A stretch of DNA of 53,414 nucleotides, counting the filler, from Jimgerdemannia flammicorona (lineage: Eukaryota): NCBI GenBank assembly GCA_003990765.1. It is 3 parts of 3 records of this genome, joined end to end, with 100 filler letters (N's around TTAATTAATTAA, not from the genome) between each part and the next. Parts side by side here need not be neighbours in the genome. Positions count along the whole stretch, not along the records: positions 1 to 17,740 come from RBNJ01002428.1; positions 17,841 to 35,578 come from RBNJ01002429.1; 1 more part is not named here. One strand, 5' to 3'. Shown piece after piece: positions 11,874 to 24,149 of this stretch. A program made the translations under genes and the position numbers. Positions within the stretch are counted from its first letter, which is position 1. Each line of letters starts with the position of its first letter. Under the pieces are notes generated by a model. That model was not told the origin of the DNA and did not search any database. It saw only the letters and a program-made list of their open reading frames with translations.

Positions 11874-14800
11874 ACCTTTCTTCAGTAACATTCAGGTTAC
11901 ACAGCCTTTTGGTAATACTTTTGATATAGTTTCTAGAGAAAAGCTACTAGTATTATGGTAATTGATGAGCATCTTGAGATATATACTGGGTAGAGTGGCC
12001 CAGGCACATTCAACTAATAGTATGTAGGGAGGGGCCCTGGCCTGGGAGGAAGCATGAGGGGCCTGTTGGCAGATAGACATGATAGGGGAGGGGGCAGTGT
12101 TGGAGGTCAGGGGACAGGGAGAATAAGTTTTGTAGATAAGGTGAAGAGAGGTCAGCAGGGAGCTGAGTTAGAGAGCTGGCTTAGGAGAAGTAAGGAGACA
12201 GCAAAAACTACAGGGCAGCAGCCTCAAGGGGGAGTCTCTCTGGGGGGCCAGAGTAGTAGAACTGATAGAGTAGAGGCTGAGGGAGTGACTACTGATAGAA
12301 GCATGATGGGTGATCAGAAAAAAAATCTAGATGGGACTACTGATGGTGGACTGAGCAATAGGAAAGGCATGAGGCCTAGCAATCTGGCTGATGATATAAT
12401 GGGACTAGCAGTGGTACTATTACTCAAGAAGTCAATCTCAGAGTTCACCATCACCTTGTGTTTCTGAGGCTTAGCAGTGACAGCAAAAATGGTCCTGGGG
12501 CTGATTGCCAAGCAGGTAGCTAGAGTAACATCTATGAAGTTTCTGAAAGAACTGAAAGGAGTAGAGGTTGGCTTCAAGGAGGCTGGCCATTAGAAGAGGC
12601 TCTGAGGGTAGAGTTGATAGTTGGAGAAGTATGTGTTCTGATAGTACATTGCTTGAGGTGGGACTCCAGAGTGGTGCAGCTGCTAGTGAAGAGAGTGCCC
12701 ATAGTGACTGCTGAGGAGACAAGGAGGAGAGTTGTGGAAGTTATGGCTGAGTATAGTGAGGTGATTGATGTTGGGTTCCAGGTCTGGGAGGGGACCTCTT
12801 TCAGGACTAGGAATATTGATATTCATATTCAGTTAGTAGGGAAGAAAGCTACTGGAAAGACTAGGGACTGGCCTTCAGTGATGGTCTGAGGGGCTTTCTT
12901 ATGCAAGGTGATGAGGGTAAAGGGGAGTGAAGAGGAGGAAGAGAATCTGCTAGAGATACTAGAAGGGCTGAGTGGTATTGTAGAGTAGAGAGTGAAGGCT
13001 TAGAAGGTATATGTCGAGTTGATGCATTTGGAGGTAGTAGATGGAAAGAGGATTCAGATAGATAAGGGGTGATGGGAACAATCTCAAGGATGTAAGAGGC
13101 AGAGAGAGCTGTTAGCAAAACTGGATAGTAGGGTAAAAAAGAATGCTGATGGTATTGAAATCATAGGGGGAGCCAAGGCAAGCATCTGGGCTAGCGAGGA
13201 TAGAGAGAATGCAGAGAAGGAGCTGGGAGAGAGAGAGGAGGAGAAGGGAAATAACTCTTATACAGATGGCACCTTTGAGGTCTGGGAGTCTTCCCTAATC
13301 TCTATGCTGCTTATTAGAAGAGGTCTAGCTTCAAGGAGCAGAGTGGTAGAGGATGTACCTATGAGGAGAGCCCAGAGGGTCCACTTTGAAGTTCCAGAGA
13401 TAGTGAAGGGTGGGCAGGTGGTAGTAGTAGGTGAGGACAAACTGGTAGATGTTCAGAAGAAGGAGTGGAATGAGGCTACAAGTATAGGGGCCAATATCTC
13501 AATACTGGATAGATGGTGGCCAGTGATCTCTAGGGGAAAGGAGGTGGGAAATCTGCTATAGATGTACAGGATAATGAATAACTTTACAGCAGAGGAATTG
13601 AGGGAGATGGATCTGCAAGTGATGAGTGATGAGTATTAGGTGTGTATCCTGTATGGTGAGGGAGGAGAATGGGTATGAGATTGACAAGGAGAGAGAGGCT
13701 GGGCTGGCAGTCACTGCTGGTGAGAGGACTGTTTTCTGTTGGGTAGAGCAGTATGGGTTATAGCTCTGACAGGAGACCTGCCTGGAATATTATAAGAAAT
13801 TTGAGGAGAAGGAGGATGGGGAGCTTGCAGAACTTCTGATTGGACTAGAGGCTAAGAGGACTGAAGAGGAGGCAGTGGCAGCAAGATATAATCTGGACCT
13901 GGCTCAGAAGGAGATAAATATAGAGCAGTAGAGAATATGAGTATTATTATACATTATTCCTTATAAACAGTACAACCAATATTCTCTCTTTAAATGTGAA
14001 TGGGCTCCAGAGTTCATTGTATCAATAGAATATTTTTACTTGGTTAAAGAGATTGGAGGCTGATCTCTTTCTTTTACAGAATATTAGATATAAGAATAAT
14101 TTAGACAAACTGGAATAGACCAAGGAATGGAGAGAGAAAGCAGTTTGGAAGGACAAAGTTGGGATTCTGATCAGAAAGAGTAGAGGGGAGATACTGGATG
14201 TGCAGACAGACTGATCTGGGATGAGTGGATTTATACTAGGCAGGAACCAGTTATAATTGGATTCTACTACTGTTCTGCAGTGAGGGGCAAATGGGTAGAG
14301 TGGGTGAAAGGTCTGCAAGAGAAAGGGACTCTGGCAGGGGTTGTAGTGGATATGCTCAGAGGAGACTTTAATATCAGTCTTGAATATATAAGAATATTCC
14401 TGAGGAGACTTTAATATAATCAAGGGTGTATTGTTGGATAGAACTGATAGAGAGTAGAGGGTAGAGAGTAGGAGTGGAGGTTTGGAGGTATGGGAGGAGA
14501 TAGAGAGACTGAGTACTTTGGTAGATGCTGGCAGAGAGCTATAGGGTAACAGAAGGGTATATACTTATTGGGTGAGTGGCCTGGAGATGAGGATTGACTG
14601 GATTTTGACAGCAGATTGCTGGGGTCTGAATGTTTGGAGGTCTCTGGAGGCAGAATAGTGTCCATGGTCCAATCATTAGGGACTGCTGGGACAGGGACAT
14701 TTTGGGGAGAGTGGGGATAGACCAGAATATTGATATCTCAACTTCTCTCTAGTAGATGATAAGATATTGTAGGACAAGTGGGCTGAGGACATTCAGTAGA

Positions 14801-17709
14801 GGGTGGAGAGGTAGATAAGGAAAGGGGTCTTAGTTGACATTCAGTAGATAAAGCTGAAGGAGGCTGCTAGGGTTTATTGGGGAGAGGCAGGTGTGGAGGC
14901 TGGGAGACAGAGGAGGAAGAAGAGGACATGGACCTCTGCTAGATTGATGAGGCTGTTGAAAGATTGGGCAGATCTGATGGCTCTGAAGAGAGTGGAGGAT
15001 TAGAGATTGCTATAGATAAGGAAGAAGATAGTAGAGCTATAACAGATATTATGAGAGGAGGAGAAAGTGTGGGTGTAGAGTATGGCAGCACATCTCCATT
15101 GGCAGGGGCTAGAGAAAAGAGAGAGATCCTCTAAGTTTCTCATAAGGGCCCTTCGAGCAAGGAGGGTTCAGTAGAGGTAGGAGGGGGTTCTTAATTCTGA
15201 GAAGATACTGGTGTATGGCATATAAGATATTCTTGGATCTCTGAAGGAGAAGTGGAGTGGCTTGTGGAGTGAGAAGGAGGATGGGGCTGATGGTGCCTTC
15301 ATTGGTACTGCCTTGGAGGATTAGTACCTGCCATAGGCAGAAGAGCTGGGCAATCTGGTAATGCCAGTACAGAAGGAGGAGATTCACCAGATTCTTGCTG
15401 CAACTACATTGGGTACAGCACTAGGGGAGGATGGCCTGCCCTGGGCATTCTGGAAGAAGATGGTGGATGTCTCTAGTGTACTAGGAGACCTGAGAGCACT
15501 TTGTGATTTGGTACTATAGTCAGGGAGATGGGTAGGGGAGTAGAATTTGGAGCTGGTGGCACTATTGTATAAGAACAAGAGAAAGAGGGAGGACTGGAGG
15601 AACTGGAGACCAATTATGCTTCTGGAAGTTAATTACTAAAGTGGTAGTAGCAAGGCTGCAGAAGGTGGTCTAGCAGGTCTTGGGGGTAGAGCAGCAGGGA
15701 TTTGTCAGAGACTGACTCATTAGAGATGGCACAGCTTGGGTACATGGTGTTATTGAAGGGGCAAGGGCCTGTGGACTAGATGGGCACCTAGTTTTCTTAG
15801 ATTAGGAGAAGATATATAACTATGTTTGGAGAGTCTGGTTGGTAAAAATACTGGACAGGATTGGAGTCTCTCATCTGTTTGGAGCAGTGATGATCAGCTA
15901 CTAGAAAGGAGCAGGGCAGTACTTATGTATAATGAGTATTGAGGGGTGACTTTCTCTTTAGATAGGAGTGTTCTCCAGGGGGACCCACTGTCTCTCATTT
16001 TGTATGCTCTCTTCTTAGAGCTCCTAATGGATAGGATTTGATAGAAGATAGGAAGGCTTTTGATCTATGATATTGAGTGGAAAGTTGGTGCTTTTGCAGA
16101 TAATATGGTGGTTGGCCTGAGTTCAATTGCTAATATAGAGGAACTCAAAGAGACTATAGAGTGGTATGAGAAGTACTCTGGGGCTAAACTCAATTGATAT
16201 AAGTATGAAACAATGGTGCTGAATAATGGACTAGTAGAGGGAGAGGTTATTGGAACAATTGTCTCTACTGAAGAGATAGTGAGATACTTGGGTATCTATC
16301 TATCTATATGTATACAGGTCCATTCTTCCAAAACTCTGGTGGAAACAATAGGTGAATATCTGAGAGGAGGCTCTGCAAAGCTAGAGAGGCTACTACTTGT
16401 CTCTGATAGGACAAGTTTTCATCTTGAATATTTACTGGCTACTGAAGTTATAGTATCTGGCATACTATCTGGACTTCTTAGCATGGGTGGTGAAGAGACT
16501 ACTGAAACTGACTAAGGGGTGGATCTGGGCAGAGAGAAGGAGTCAGATTAGCTGAGAAATTTTGTCCTTACTGATAACTAGAGGGAGACTTGAGCTGGTT
16601 GACTTTCCAAAGAGGTTACACTACCTGAGAGTATGGTGGCTGAAGAGAGTGATTGAGCTGAGGGAAGGTAGCTGGGTTTCTTTGCTGAAGAAGGTCTGAG
16701 AGATGAGGTTCTTGTTGAGAGATTCTATAGGAGATCTCTTGTCCTTGGTTGGGCTTCAGAATAATGAGTATATGTAGTTTAAGAACTTCTGGTGGGAAGT
16801 TGCTAATAGAGCACACTGTATTAGCATTTGTTGGGAGGGAGATGAGGGAGATAGGTCTTGGGGCCCAGCAATGTAGAGATAGGACCAAGTGTTACTAGGG
16901 GGTATCTCTCTTAGTGACTTTGATATTAATGATAGGGTGGAATGCCAGAGGGGATTGGGGCAGGATCTGTAGCTCAGCAGATAGCAGTCAGTAGGTGTTG
17001 GTGAAGAGTGGGACTGGAACAGAATCTGAAACTAGAGTGCTGAGGTTTAGTAGTGGCTGCCACCAAAGTATTAGATGGTCTGGTGGTATATATTGAGAAG
17101 AAATATCATGCTCAACTTTTGCTCTAGCTACCTGATAGAAGGGGGAACCCTTGACTATGAGGAGTGCTATAATGTTAGACAGGAAGGAGGTTTTGTACAG
17201 ATGTCTGAACATTGGCTAGAAGAGTGTAAGGTGCTCAGTAACTTCTAGATAGCAGTTGAAAAGAGGCTGGGTGTCATACAGAGGGGGGATGGTGTGAGGG
17301 GACAGTGAGAGAATCTGTGAGATAGACTGGTGAGAGTGATTGGAAAGGAGTAACTTACTTTAGAGTAAGTTCTGACAGTATAAGTAGGTTTGGCAGGATA
17401 CTGACTATATGTATTTGAGGATAAGAGATGTCTAGATTTAGGAGCATGATTGTTGCAATGGAAGGGACTGATGGAGGATATACTGATGGGTTGGTAGTAT
17501 AGGTGGGGCCTGCAGAGTAGTTGGCAGCATTGTTTGGTAGAGAAGATTTGTAGGCAGAGTGGGGAAAGGGTGGAGATTATAGGAGATAGGATGATTTTCA
17601 AATATAAAGAGATAAGAGAGGGGGGGGCTCCCCTATGGGGATTGGGTAGTGAGTAGAGATATTGTAAATATATGCATAGACTGGTAATAAATGGCTAAGT
17701 CTGAGTGAC

Positions 17710-17740
<31 letters not shown>
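11874..17740 (+). mobile_element. LINE copy C, near full length with poly(A) tail, inactivated
   Basis: 5' end ACCTTTC. ORF1 11955-13940. APE (ILSLNVNGL, GDFN). RT (QGFV, GVLQGDPLS, FADN, YLGI). C-terminal Cys/His motif, then GTGACTAT + poly(A). Confidence 0.9.
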
Positions 17741-17840
17741 NNNNNNNNNNNNNNNNNNNNNNNNNNNNNNNNNNNNNNNNNNNNTTAATTAATTAANNNN
17801 NNNNNNNNNNNNNNNNNNNNNNNNNNNNNNNNNNNNNNNN
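17741..17840. other. Artificial contig-joining spacer (N44-TTAATTAATTAA-N44)
   Basis: Exactly 100 nt; the central 12-mer gives stops in all six frames; identical to the second spacer. Confidence 0.95.
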
Positions 17841-17854
17841 AAAAAAAAAAAAAA

Positions 17855-18563
17855 GCCATTACAGATAGGAGAAAGGGCAATTATGGTGAATCAGTAGAGT
17901 ACTAGGCTGGGAGCAGTTATTGAGACTGGGGCGAGTACTGCTTTGGTGGGACCTTTTGATTAGTACAGCATAGTTAGATGGTAGATATCACTCTTAGCTT
18001 CTTTTGGCAATTCAGTAGATTGGATCCCGGTTGTCTAGGGAGATTAGAGGGCCTGAGGCTACTCATTTTAGGCATCTTAGCTGCACTTAACTAAAACTGG
18101 AAGCTGATATAGCAATATGATCGAGGTCTGCAGGCTTGAGTAGTGGGGTATTGAGGGTCTCCTCTCACCTCACATATAAGTCCTTTACTCATCTCAACTA
18201 AGAGAACTAGGTCCTACTCACTATATTATACTTTGATGAGAGTTTTTCTTTACCTATTACTCTCTTTGGGATGGCAGGAGCTTTTCTATTTGGCTTGGAC
18301 ATGGCCTTGTACATACATTGGGTTCTTGGGTATGTGCTTTCAGTCATTAGCATATAGCTGGATTTCTCCTGATAGTAGGGAGAATATGATACACAGAATG
18401 AGGTATGAGCCAATATAGGCCCTATTGTGCCTGACATGGTTGAGCTGCTAGACAATAGTTAGCCTAGGTTAATAGGGGGACAGTGCTTAATGGGTGGTGG
18501 GGGAGGGTTTTGGCCTATATAGTCTAGATTCCCTTCCAATAAAAATCTGCAGGACATTGAGTT

Positions 18564-18594
<31 letters not shown>

Positions 18595-18596
18595 TA

Positions 18597-18638
<42 letters not shown>
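17855..18638 (+). mobile_element. 3' end of a second poly(A)-tailed repeat family (probable non-LTR retrotransposon)
   Basis: Reverse complement of ~49175-50103. AATAAA at ~18538, followed by poly(A) at 18568-18638. Confidence 0.7.
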
Positions 18639-18641
<3 letters not shown>

Positions 18642-19061
18642 CAGTATCTCCACTATTAGTATCAAAACCTAAAAGCAATACTTGGACTATACTACCACAA
18701 CAGGCAATTGGAATTTAATGCTTCCTTACAAGAACTCAGAACTTAGGACTAATAGTCAATCTTGATTATCTATAATATATATATTAATTCTATTAGTATA
18801 TAGTTTTATTACAATTTTATTCATTAAGAATATTATAGCTATATAATAAAAATTCAGCAAGTTTAAAATATAAGAATTAGATAATATTATAAATTATTAT
18901 AATAAATCAACTTAATTCATTAGAAATATACTAATTCTAGCAACTTTGATAAAATAGCTTAGAGTAATACTTAGTATACTTGGTAAGAGACGCGTTATAA
19001 AATTGAAGCACAGCCACGATTTGGGGCTGGCAATTTTCTTTGCAAGCTCGCCCAGCGAGCA

Positions 19062-22000
19062 ATGGTCTTCCTTCAAATCGCCTTCCTCCTTCTCAGTACT
19101 GTCACCACACTTTGGGCTGTTCCTATTCGACAGCAGAATGCCTACAATCTCCCCAACGGCCTCCCGATTTCCGTCGATATCGTACATGACCTCGTGAAAC
19201 GCCGACTTCCTCAGCACACGCACTCGTCCTTCATATTCGAGCTCGCAGGGCCCCAAATCGTGCCGGCCCTTCACGATACCTACACTATCTCAAATGCCCA
19301 CGACGAGAAAATTCTCATCCGTGGTTCCAGCCCCATCGCGATCACTTCTGGTAATGTATCATAGCGTCAATTTTTTTTTTTTTTATTTTATTTTATTTTT
19401 TTTTTCGCGTTTATACGTTATGAGACACTAGCTTATTTACATCTCCTTTACCACAAAGGTCTAAATCACTACCTCAAGTACTATTGTAAAGTCGACTCCT
19501 ATTGGAGCTCAAACCGTTTCGCCGAGATCCCGATAACTTTGCCACGCGTGAACGGCACAGTTAGCGGCGGTAGCAACGTACAATGGAGGTATTACCTTAA
19601 CGTCGTCACGTTCAGCTACTCGACCGCCTGGTGGAATTTTGAGCGGTGGGAGCAAGGTTAGTTTTCCAGATAAATGTGAGGTTCAGGCTTCAGCTGAACT
19701 AGAAATGCGATATGATACGGAACGAAACGGTCCTTCAATGTTAATTTTGCATTGGGTCTCCCATATGCTTGTACAACTCACACTGCGCTGCCACTAACCC
19801 ATCCCAGAAATCGACTGGATGGCACTTAACGGCATCAACATGCCTCTCGCTTTTGTTGGCCAAGAGTATGTCGCCCAAAAGGTGTTCAAATCCTTCGGTT
19901 TGAATGACATTGATATCTCTACCTTTCTTGGTGGACCCGCTTTTCTCGCATGGCAACGCCTGGGTAATATTCAGGGCTCTTGGCCCGTACCCTGCCCTCA
20001 ATTTTGGATCGATGCCCAGTGGGTCTTACAAAGGCGGATAATCCATCGCCTCCGTTCATTTGGCATGACCCCTGTACTGCCGGCTTTTGCCGGATTCGTT
20101 CCCGAAGCTATTACAAAGGCTTTCCCGAATGCCAACCTGACCCACGCGGCGCATTGGGCAAACTTCCCACCGCAGTTTACCTCCGTTACAGCCATCTACC
20201 CGCTAGACCCCGAATTTCTCATCATTCAGCGACGATACCTGCACGTCCAGCGGTTGCTCTATGGAGGTTGGACATCACATATCTATAACGTTGACCTTTA
20301 CAATGAGCTGAAACCCGCGAGTTTCGACCCTGAGTACCTCAAGAGTAGCACACACGGTGTGTGGAAGTCTCTCAAGGCCGGCGATTCCAAGGCGATATGG
20401 ATGATGCAGGGGTGGCTGTTCCATGCTTCGTATTGGACAAACGAGAGGATTGCGGCCCTGTTGGCCGGGGCGCCGGACGAAGATGTAATTGTACTGGATC
20501 TATACTCCGAGGAGAAGCCTGTGTGGAATAGGACGGATTCGTACTATGGAAAGCCGTTTATTTGGAATATGTGAGTCTATTTGTTTCGACTATGTTTATT
20601 TCATGTTTCGGCGTGAATGGTATTGTCCTCCTAACGTTGTAGTTAAGTGTACTGAGCAGTCGTTACAAAACTAACATTTTTCTTATTGGTTTTCTTTGGG
20701 TACTCTCATACTCTGTGTGTGCCTCAGGCTGCATGATTTTGGTGGAAATCAAGGACTTTATGCGAAGCTTCAGGTCATCGCCAAAGATCCGTTGGTTGCG
20801 TTGAATTCCTCTAACTCTATGGTCGGTATGGGTATCACTATGGAAGGTAGGTCTTACTCTGATAGTTCAATTTCAAAATTTCCGCGAATCACACTGACAC
20901 TTTGTTAGGTAACGCATTCTTCTGAACGTAGCTAACCACATCGCACGCACATCACAGGTCTCAACACCAACGAGATTGCATATGCCTTAATGCTCGAAAT
21001 GCCATGGCGTCATCGGCCCGTCAACACTACCGAGTGGGTTCAAGCGTTTATTGGAAGGCGGTACGGCACTGAGAGGGTGAACAACAAGTTGGCTGCGGCG
21101 TGGGAGCTGCTGAGAAGGACAGTTTACGAGAATAAAGGGGGAACGAACGGTGGGGTTGTTAAGTCGATTTATGTGAGTTTGTTGTGGCGTGCGGCGTTGA
21201 GGCTGGTGAAGTGCGGGCTTGATTGGTGGTTATTTCGCGTGAGTTTGATCAGTGGAGTTCTGACGACTTTGTGCTCATGTTTTGTAGGAACTGCGGCCAG
21301 CACTGCAGGGCCTTGTCAACCGTACTGGGAAGCATTCCACTGCTCTCACGTATGATGCTAGAGATCTGTGAGTTTATTTTTTCCGTTGTTTCAATTGCGC
21401 TTGGCTTCCACAGTAATAAAGTCTTAATCGCTACATAAATCTATATAGCATTGACGCCTGGCACCTCTTCCTCGCCGCCGCCGCCTCTCCCACGTCAACT
21501 CTCCGGACGCTTGACTCCTTTCGATACGACTTTGTCGACCTCACGCGTCAGGTTCTGACCAATCTCTTCGTTGTCCTATACGGGCATCTCATATTGGCTT
21601 CGCGCTCGGGTCTGCCGGATCACGCGCGCAAGTGGGGTGACCTTGTCGTAGATCTGCTTGCGTCAATGGATGAGGTGTTGGCAACCGACAAACATTTCTT
21701 GCTGGGTACCTGGATAGCTGACGCGAGAAAGTGGGCGAACGGGGACCCAGAGCTAGAGAAGTTTCTGGAGTACCAGGCGAGGAATCAGATGTGAGCGAAT
21801 CCATTTATTACATGCGAACCTCTCGAACATGTCATTGTGATTCTAACATCCCCCCCTCCAAAAAAAAAAAAAAAAAAAAAAGCACCCTCTGGGGACCTGA
21901 TGGCGAAATCTCTGACTATGCCTCAAAGCAATGGTCAGGCCTGGTCAGCACCTACTACCAGCCACGCTGGCGCATTTTTGTTAACCACCTAGTCACGGAG

Positions 22001-22177
22001 TGGAACCATACGGCCTACCTGGAGGAGGTGACCCAGTTCGAGTATCGGTGGCAGACACAGACGTGGGGTGAGCGCGAGGGAGAGGTTTGGGAGGTCGTAG
22101 GAGACACTTGGGAAGTCGTACAGAAGATCGGAGAAAAATGGGAGCCGGTGTTGAAGGAAGTGTATGATATAAAGTGA
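19062..22177 (+). CDS. NAGLU: Secreted alpha-N-acetylglucosaminidase (GH89, NAGLU-like), 8 exons: 19062-19350, 19459-19656, 19808-20570, 20728-20846, 20958-21172, 21288-21367, 21449-21790, 21883-22177
   Basis: Signal peptide; [60 protein letters not shown] and MEG (catalytic Glu motifs), [39 protein letters not shown] introns join in frame. Confidence 0.95.
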
Positions 22178-22618
22178 AAGCAAATGAGGAATAGACAGGA
22201 AGTTGAGGGTGTTGCGCACCATGAAGCACACCTCTTCCATGTTTACATTGTTAGTCAAATGCTTTTTATTATCATGGGGGTCAAAGTGGAGCAAAAATGA
22301 TGATTTTGGTTTGGGGTGTGCTCGAACATTACGATTTACTTCATCTCCACAAGATGGCGGGCGGTGCTACCTATACTCGTGTTTATAGGTTTATGGATCC
22401 CCGTAATTGATTTTGTTAGCGCAGGTTGGTATCATTTATGTCCAATTCAGCAGAGGTTTCACCGTTACGTGGGTGGGTTGGAAAATGGGATGGGGAGGAG
22501 GGCGCATTTAAAAAGTGGGCAGTTATACAAGGTGTGTTGAAATTTCTGGATATCTAATTCAAGATCCCATAGTCCTACGGAACTGCGTAAATGGTCGGCA
22601 TATCCTGAACACATCTGC

Positions 22619-23117
22619 TCAGAAGTGAACGTTCTGCAGGTTCGGCAGGGTGATTTGAGGAGGGTGGATGTGGTTGAAAATGCCAGTGCCAAGGAGCGCG
22701 ACACCTGTGAGATAAGGAGATAAATGAATCAGGGGATGGTGGATATATCGTTTCCCGTTACCTCGATCTTTTATTGGAAAAGTGAACGAAATACTCACCA
22801 CCAATGCACAGAATGACCAGGATAACGATGCAATAGCATGCACTCTTAAGAAAGCTGATACAGCAGCACACGAAGATCAGACACCCCACGAGGAGTCCAA
22901 CTCCACCAAATAGGTAGGGCCATTCCCTGATGTCGAGGATATTACCCTGGCCAGTCTGGGTCGTGTTAGTGGGCTGGCTGGGACTCGAGAGATCGGTTGG
23001 GGGTTGCGAGCCGCCAGGGACGGGATTGGCCAGGGTCGCCTGCAGAACGAGAACTAGAAGGCAGGCGAGGAGGAGAGCGAACAGGTTCGAGGTTGTGGAG
23101 GGACGGGATATCGACAT
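22619..23117 (-). CDS. Small membrane protein (~134 aa): signal peptide, Pro/Ser/Thr-rich stalk, two hydrophobic helices, Cys cluster; exons 23117-22799 and 22704-22619
   Basis: MSISRP...LFALLLACLLVLVLQATLA|NPVP; LFGGVGLLVGCLIFVCCCISFLKSACYCIVILVILCIGGVALLG. The GTGAGT...CAG intron restores the frame. Confidence 0.75.
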
Positions 23118-23479
23118 GTTGGGTATGATGCTGTGCAAAGGAGCTGTGCAAAGGAACGGGCTGAGCTCATGTCGAAGGCTTGATATTCCTTAATTGGGTA
23201 ATTGGGCCTGTCAAATCATCACTCTTGCCAAGCAAGAGTTAGGACTATACTTATAAAAAATAAAATATAAAAAAATGTCCGCACACGTAACGTCAGAGAA
23301 AGTAAATGTGAAAGGTTATTACGGACAGATCACGATCTCTCAAGAGAGGAGCGCGCAGAGAAATAGCTGCAGTAACAAAAATTCATATTCTAGGAATGGG
23401 TGAGCAGCGGCTTTTTTGTATATACTCTTTGTATCAATTGTGATGTGCTCTATTCTCTTCAATACCTGCAAGTTTTAAG

Positions 23480-23900
23480 GGTTAGTTTGTCATAAAAATT
23501 AGTGATACATACATTAGATATAGTAAGCAATTACAATTATATATTATATGTTTGTTATTTGTAATACTTTTTATAATATAATAATTATAATATTTTTATA
23601 TTTATAATTACTTATAATATATAATAGTTTATATTATATATTTTAAAATATAAGTTTTAAAAATAGCTTCATAAATAAATAATAAATTTAAAAACAAAAT
23701 AAAATTTATTAATATAATTAAATTTAAAATTATATAATAGAAAAATATACCAATAATATATAATAATAATAATATATTATTATTATTAATTATTTATATT
23801 TAAATTCAAAATAAAGCATATAAATACTTATCTATTTAGTTTTTATTCTTCACTATATCTACACCATATAGATTTAAATGAAATCTCTCCCAATGATAGA
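23480..23900. repeat. Extremely AT-rich, TpA-rich island (probable decayed repeat relic)
   Basis: Almost only A/T and no CpG, in sharp contrast to the flanking genes. Confidence 0.5.
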
Positions 23901-24149
23901 ATTTATAACAATTATGTTATATTGGCATTATTTTCCACCTGCGTTACATATTATTGTAAATCGGCAAAACCGCTTACTGCCATAAATGCGTTCCAACATT
24001 TTCGTGTCTACTGTGCCTCGTTTGGTTTCCTCATTATCCCAGTTATCGTTTATTTTCGTACATAGCCAAGAAAAATCCCCTCTTTGATTTGTAATGGATC
24101 GATCCGCAAGCTCCAAATATCAAAACTCATGCTTTACAATTCCATCACA

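Noticed and set aside
17785..17796. TTAATTAATTAA as a biological palindrome or piggyBac site
   Set aside because: Centred in fixed-length N runs twice; synthetic linker.
18459..18718. Poly-Lys/poly-Phe ORFs (also 35134-35490)
   Set aside because: Translations of a retroelement poly(A) tail and an intronic homopolymer.
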